Assembly: GCA_965203325.1 (NCBI GenBank)
Contig: OZ241875.1
Coordinates: forward strand, 3,680,001 to 3,744,000
Direction of reading: 5' to 3'
DNA: 64,000 bases
Source of the DNA: a bacterium
GTDB lineage: Bacteria; UBA8248
Below the pieces are notes generated by a model that was not told the origin of the DNA, searched no databases, and saw only the letters and a program-made list of their open reading frames with translations. This document shows positions 59,702 to 64,000 of this stretch, in pieces (within the stretch, counting starts at the first letter, position 1; each line of letters starts with the position of its first letter). Made by a program: the position numbers and the translations under genes.

Positions 59702-60682
59702 CTAATACGGCACGTCGATGAGCATGCCCTCGCCCGAGCGCATGTCCTCTTCCAGAAGCTCGCGCATCGCTTTGGTCACCGGGCCGGGCTTGCCGTCCCC
59801 GATGACCTGATCGTCCCACTGCACGACGGGGGCGACGTATATCGAGCTTCCGATGAGCATCATCTCCGCGGACGCCTTGGCCTCGGCCACCGGAATGTCG
59901 TCCACAACCACGTCGGCGATGACGCCTTGATCCACGAGGCGGCTTGCGAGTTCCAGAAGCCGCTTCACAGTGCAGCCGGAGAGGATGTTCTCGAACCTGG
60001 GATGCCTTAATACGTTGTCGTTCGTCACGAAGGCGCAGTTCATGTTCGAGCCCTCGCCCACGTTCCCCGCCTCGTCCACGAAAATGCCGTTGTCGAGGCC
60101 GTGTTCTTTCGCCTCCATCTGCATGAGGGTGTTGGGCAGGTAGTTCGTGCTCTTCGTGACGGCGTAGAGCGGCGGCTTGATGGGGTAGGTGGTCGTCATC
60201 ACCTTCATGCCCTCGGCGTAGTAGCGCTCGGGGTAGTCGAGGCCGCCGAAGATCATCACGAAAAAGGCGGGCTTGGCGTCTCCTGCGGGGATGAGTCCCA
60301 GGTTCCCAGTACCCGAGGAGGCCCAGTAGCGGATCGAACCCTCGCGGCGGCCGGAGAGCGCGCTCGTGCGGATGACGATCTCGCGCATCTCCTCGCGGCT
60401 CGGCAGTTCGAGTTTCGACGCCTCCGCTGAGCGGATGAAGCGGTCCAGGTGGTTTTCGAGGTCGTAGATCTTCCCCTCGATGATGGCCGCGGTGTCGAAG
60501 ATGCCGTGGCCCCGGTGGACCATGTGGTCGTCGAAGGGGATGACCATGAGGGCGGGGTCCGTCACCACGCCGCCCAGGTGGCTCGAATAAAACGCCGAAA
60601 AATCGACCTCCTGCGTCTCGCGCAGGTTCTTGAGGCTATCGAGTACGTCCTCTCTCGTGAGCACGCCAATGGTTTCCGCCAT
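59702..60682 (-). CDS. Class IV aminotransferase (D-amino acid transaminase/ADC lyase-like)
   Basis: DDHMVHRGHGIFDT, KSTNYLPN, EGSNMN, ILSGCT. Confidence 0.88.
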   Translation of the reverse strand: MAETIGVLTREDVLDSLKNLRETQEVDFSAFYSSHLGGVVTDPALMVIPFDDHMVHRGHGIFDTAAIIEGKIYDLENHLDRFIRSAEASKLELPSREEMREIVIRTSALSGRREGSIRYWASSGTGNLGLIPAGDAKPAFFVMIFGGLDYPERYYAEGMKVMTTTYPIKPPLYAVTKSTNYLPNTLMQMEAKEHGLDNGIFVDEAGNVGEGSNMNCAFVTNDNVLRHPRFENILSGCTVKRLLELASRLVDQGVIADVVVDDIPVAEAKASAEMMLIGSSIYVAPVVQWDDQVIGDGKPGPVTKAMRELLEEDMRSGEGMLIDVPY

Positions 60683-60863
60683 GGTTTTCTCCTATTTGTT
60701 GCATCTATTCCCTGGAACTTCAGGGAGTCATCCGGGTTGTGGATACATATTTCATCTGATTTCATCCGCATGATGCCGCTTGGGTGATTTTCCGGCAAGG
60801 GCCTGCTACATTGTCGTCCTGAGAAAGTGCTGACGGGCGCGTGCGCTGCAGGAGAGACGGGTG

Positions 60864-62006
60864 ATGCAGGAAAATGGTTTTTTGAACGAAGAGCAGAAGA
60901 TGGTGCGCGATATGGTGCGCGATTTCTGCGAGCGCGAAATCGCTCCAAAGGCGGCGGATATAGACGAGGGCCGCTTCCCGGCGGAAGTCGTGAAGAGCAT
61001 GGGCGAACTCGGGCTGATGGGCCTCACCGTGCCGGATTCCTACGGCGGAGGGGGTGCGGACCCGGTCTCGATGGCGCTGGCTACAGAAGAAGTCGCCGCC
61101 GCGTGTCCTTCGACGAGCGCGATTTTCGCCGCGCACAATTCCCTGGTCTGCGAGCCCGTGCATCGCTTCGGGAGCGAGGGGCAAAAGAAAAAGTTCCTGC
61201 GCGGTCTGGCGAGTGGCTCGTGCATCGGCGCCTTCGCCCTGACGGAACCGGGAGCGGGTTCCGACGCCGCCTCGCTCACCACCACCGCCGTGCGCGAGGG
61301 AGACGTTTACCGCATCAACGGCGTCAAGCGCTTCATCACCAGCGGCAAGCAGTCGGGCCTGTGCCTTCTCTTCGCGGTGACGGATCGCGCCATGCGCCAC
61401 AAGGGGCTGAGCGCTTTCCTGGTGCCGCGCGACGCCCAGGGTTTCGAGGTCGTGCGCAGCGAGGACAAGATGGGGATGCACGGGTGTTCGATATCGGAGC
61501 TTCGCTTCGACGCCGTGGAATTGCCCGAGGAGAACCGCATGGGGGAGGAAGGGCAGGGCTTTGAACTCGCGATGCGCATCCTCGATTCGGGACGCATCAT
61601 CGTCGCGGCCCAGGGGCTCGGCTTCGCGCGCGCATGCCTCGACGCCTCGGTGGCCTATGCGCGCGAGCGCGAGACGTTCGGCGTCCCGATAAAGGATCAC
61701 CAGCCCGTGGCGTGGAAACTCGCCGACATGGCCACGCGCGTCCACGGCGCGCGTCTGTTGACCTTGAAGGCGGCGCGGCTCAAGGCGGCGAGCGCCCCCT
61801 ATTCGGCCGAATCCGCCATCGCCAAGGTATTCGCCACCGACGCCGCCCAGCGAAACGCCGAAGAGGGCGTACAGCTTCACGGGGGCAACGGTTACATGCG
61901 CGAATACCCCGTGGAGCGCTTCTACCGGGCTTCGAAGGTGACGCAGATATACGAGGGGACGAACGAGATCCTCCGCCAGGTCATCGCCAAGCACCTGCTC
62001 AACTGA
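60864..62006 (+). CDS. Acyl-CoA dehydrogenase
   Basis: FALTEPGAGSDA, NGVKRFIT, KMGMHG, RETFG, HGGNGY, IYEGTNEI. Confidence 0.94.
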   Translation: MQENGFLNEEQKMVRDMVRDFCEREIAPKAADIDEGRFPAEVVKSMGELGLMGLTVPDSYGGGGADPVSMALATEEVAAACPSTSAIFAAHNSLVCEPVHRFGSEGQKKKFLRGLASGSCIGAFALTEPGAGSDAASLTTTAVREGDVYRINGVKRFITSGKQSGLCLLFAVTDRAMRHKGLSAFLVPRDAQGFEVVRSEDKMGMHGCSISELRFDAVELPEENRMGEEGQGFELAMRILDSGRIIVAAQGLGFARACLDASVAYARERETFGVPIKDHQPVAWKLADMATRVHGARLLTLKAARLKAASAPYSAESAIAKVFATDAAQRNAEEGVQLHGGNGYMREYPVERFYRASKVTQIYEGTNEILRQVIAKHLLN

Positions 62007-62047
62007 TACGAAATCCGCCCACCGCCCATATACTGAACGCCATCAAT

Positions 62048-63836
62048 GGAAGAAAGCTGTTTTGAAGCGCATCTATACAACACAAAATTGTTTGTGGAGC
62101 ACTTTTGGGCCGAAAGTGCGAGGAAACGCCGGTTTCTTCGAACTCGTTATAAGAAACATACCGTCGCCGCCCGGATAGAGAGCATAACGACGAACAGGAA
62201 ACCGATTTGCCGCTCACTTTTGGGCGAAAGTGATTGACAAGATGGCGCAAGTTTCATCTTCGAGAGAGAAACGCTATGTTCAGAGGTTCATTCAAAGGGT
62301 TGTGGAGCGGTTTTTTTGATTGGAGCCGTTGTTTCGTATACTTGAAGAAATTTAGAGAGGACTGATGGCCCCGGTTCATTATCACGAAGGGCGATTCCCT
62401 CCCGAGGCGCGTCTTGATTGGCCGACGCTGGTGCCGTTGATTGGCCCTGCGGTCGCGGCCCTCGCGCGCTACGACGGGGTGCTTGCCGCCATTCCCAACC
62501 CTGATGTCTTGCTTGCGCCCTTGACTACCCAGGAGGCGGTGCTCTCCTCGCGCATCGAGGGCACCCAGGCCACCATGAGCGAAGTGCTGGAGTTCGAGGC
62601 GGGGCAGGAGGTGGACTCATCCGAGCGACGTGGCGACATTGAAGAAATACGCAACTACCGCTCCGCTATGGGGGATGCGGAGAAGATGTTGGAAACATTG
62701 CCGCTTTCCGTAAGGGTCGTCTGCGAGGCGCATCGCGTATTGCTTTCGGGGGTGCGCGGGAGAAACAAATCCCCCGGTGAGTATCGGCGTATTCCCAACT
62801 GGATCGGGCCGCCGGGATGTTCCATCGACACCGCCACGTTCGTGCCCATCGGGGCGGAGAAACTCGACGGGGCCATGAGCGCTTGGGAGCGCTATATCCA
62901 TCAGGAGACGCCCGATCTGCTGGTGCAGGCGGCTGTCCTGCACGCCGAGTTTGAAGCCCTGCACCCGTTTCTGGACGGCAATGGCCGTCTGGGGCGGATG
63001 CTGGTGCCTCTTTTCCTTTGGCAGCGCGGTCTCATCAGCCGGCCCATGTTCTATGTCAGCGCTTATTTCGAGGCGCATCGCGATGCGTATTACGATGGGC
63101 TGCTCGCCGTCTCGCGCGACGAAGATTGGACGGGCTGGTGCACATTCTTTCTCGAAGGAGTCAGGGTGCAGGCGGAGGATAATCTGTCGAAAGCCAGGGC
63201 CATTCTCGATCTCTACGAGGATATGAAAATGCGCGTAGCGGAATTGACTCGCTCCCACTACGCCGTCCACGCCCTGGACTGGATGTTCGAGCGTCCGATT
63301 TTCAGCACCGCCTCCTTTGTGGCTTGGGCGGGGATTCCGAAACATACAGCGCGCCGCGTTCTGGGAGTACTTCGCCGGAGTGGAATCCTGAGTGTTGTTA
63401 GAGTCGGGGGAGGCCGCCGATCAACCATTCTTTCTTTTCCGGCTCTTTTGAACATTGCGGAAGGGAAAAAGCTGTTTTGAGGCGCATCTATGCAACACAA
63501 AGTTGTTTGTGGATCACTTTTGGGCTAAAAATGATCATCAAAATCGTTTGTTGCGCACTCATTAACAACAAGCGTATTGATACTACCCGAATATAGAGTG
63601 TCACGACACGAAGGGAAGAAAGCTGTTTTGAGACGCATCTATGCAACACAAACTTGTTTGTGGATCACTTTTGGGCCAAAAGTGTGAGGAAACGCCGGTT
63701 TCTTCGAACTCGTTATAAGAAACATACCGCCGCCGCCCGAATATAGAGCATAACGACGGCACAGAAACCGCTTTGTCGCTCACGTATGAACGACAAACTA
63801 TCTTGCCGCTCACTTTTGGGCGAAAGTGATTGACAA
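62048..63836 (+). repeat. Direct repeats flanking the Fic gene (62048-62240, partial 63464-63533, 63614-63836)
   Basis: All begin with (G)GAAGAAAGCTGTTTTGA-GCGCATCTAT; full copies end CACTTTTGGGCGAAAGTGATTGACAA. Confidence 0.85.
62365..63480 (+). CDS. Fic family protein (Fic/DOC N-terminal domain, Fic core, C-terminal HTH)
   Basis: EAVLSSRIEGT inhibitory motif and HPFLDGNGRLGR. Confidence 0.93.
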   Translation: MAPVHYHEGRFPPEARLDWPTLVPLIGPAVAALARYDGVLAAIPNPDVLLAPLTTQEAVLSSRIEGTQATMSEVLEFEAGQEVDSSERRGDIEEIRNYRSAMGDAEKMLETLPLSVRVVCEAHRVLLSGVRGRNKSPGEYRRIPNWIGPPGCSIDTATFVPIGAEKLDGAMSAWERYIHQETPDLLVQAAVLHAEFEALHPFLDGNGRLGRMLVPLFLWQRGLISRPMFYVSAYFEAHRDAYYDGLLAVSRDEDWTGWCTFFLEGVRVQAEDNLSKARAILDLYEDMKMRVAELTRSHYAVHALDWMFERPIFSTASFVAWAGIPKHTARRVLGVLRRSGILSVVRVGGGRRSTILSFPALLNIAEGKKLF

Positions 63837-64000
63837 AACCCTTTGCCGTGCATTTATTAACAACAAACGCATCTTCGCCCCACTATGATGATGAATCGAT
63901 GTCGTACTCACTCGTTCGCTTGACTGATTCTCCGAAAAAGCGGGCGCCTCGTGCGCATTGGCGCCGGCGTCTTTCGCTTACTCTCGCTCTCGCTTTCCTC

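Overview
GC-rich bacterial chromosomal window. It carries housekeeping and catabolic genes: mtnA, tRNA-Asp, a NitT/TauT-type ABC transporter with two tandem substrate-binding paralogues, a CoA-transferase, a c-type cytochrome/MauG-like cluster, 2-oxoacid dehydrogenase E1 alpha/beta, an RND pump, queF, a molybdo-hydroxylase large subunit, tRNA-Ala, nrdJ, lpdA, a class IV aminotransferase, an acyl-CoA dehydrogenase and Fic. The intergenic regions contain many REP/MITE-like palindromes. The centre (about 22.4-37.8 kb) is a decayed integrative island. It carries an NHLP (proteusin-type) RiPP locus whose precursor has a predicted core of only 3-4 residues (IYY or AIYY). The locus also has an intact three-gene NHLM exporter, two paralogous uncharacterised enzymes (possibly ABBA-fold prenyltransferases), and a neighbouring atypical P450 and SAM methyltransferase. 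Features missed by the ORF track include an AhpD/CMD-like gene with an in-frame UGA in a CxxU motif followed by a SECIS-like hairpin (probable selenoprotein). Others are a tandem pair of covarying structured-RNA units downstream of nrdJ, a 6S-like 180-nt rod RNA, IS256 remnants donating a TTGACA upstream of the RiPP precursor, and a DddK/DddW-like cupin. All calls are from reading the sequence; no searches were run.
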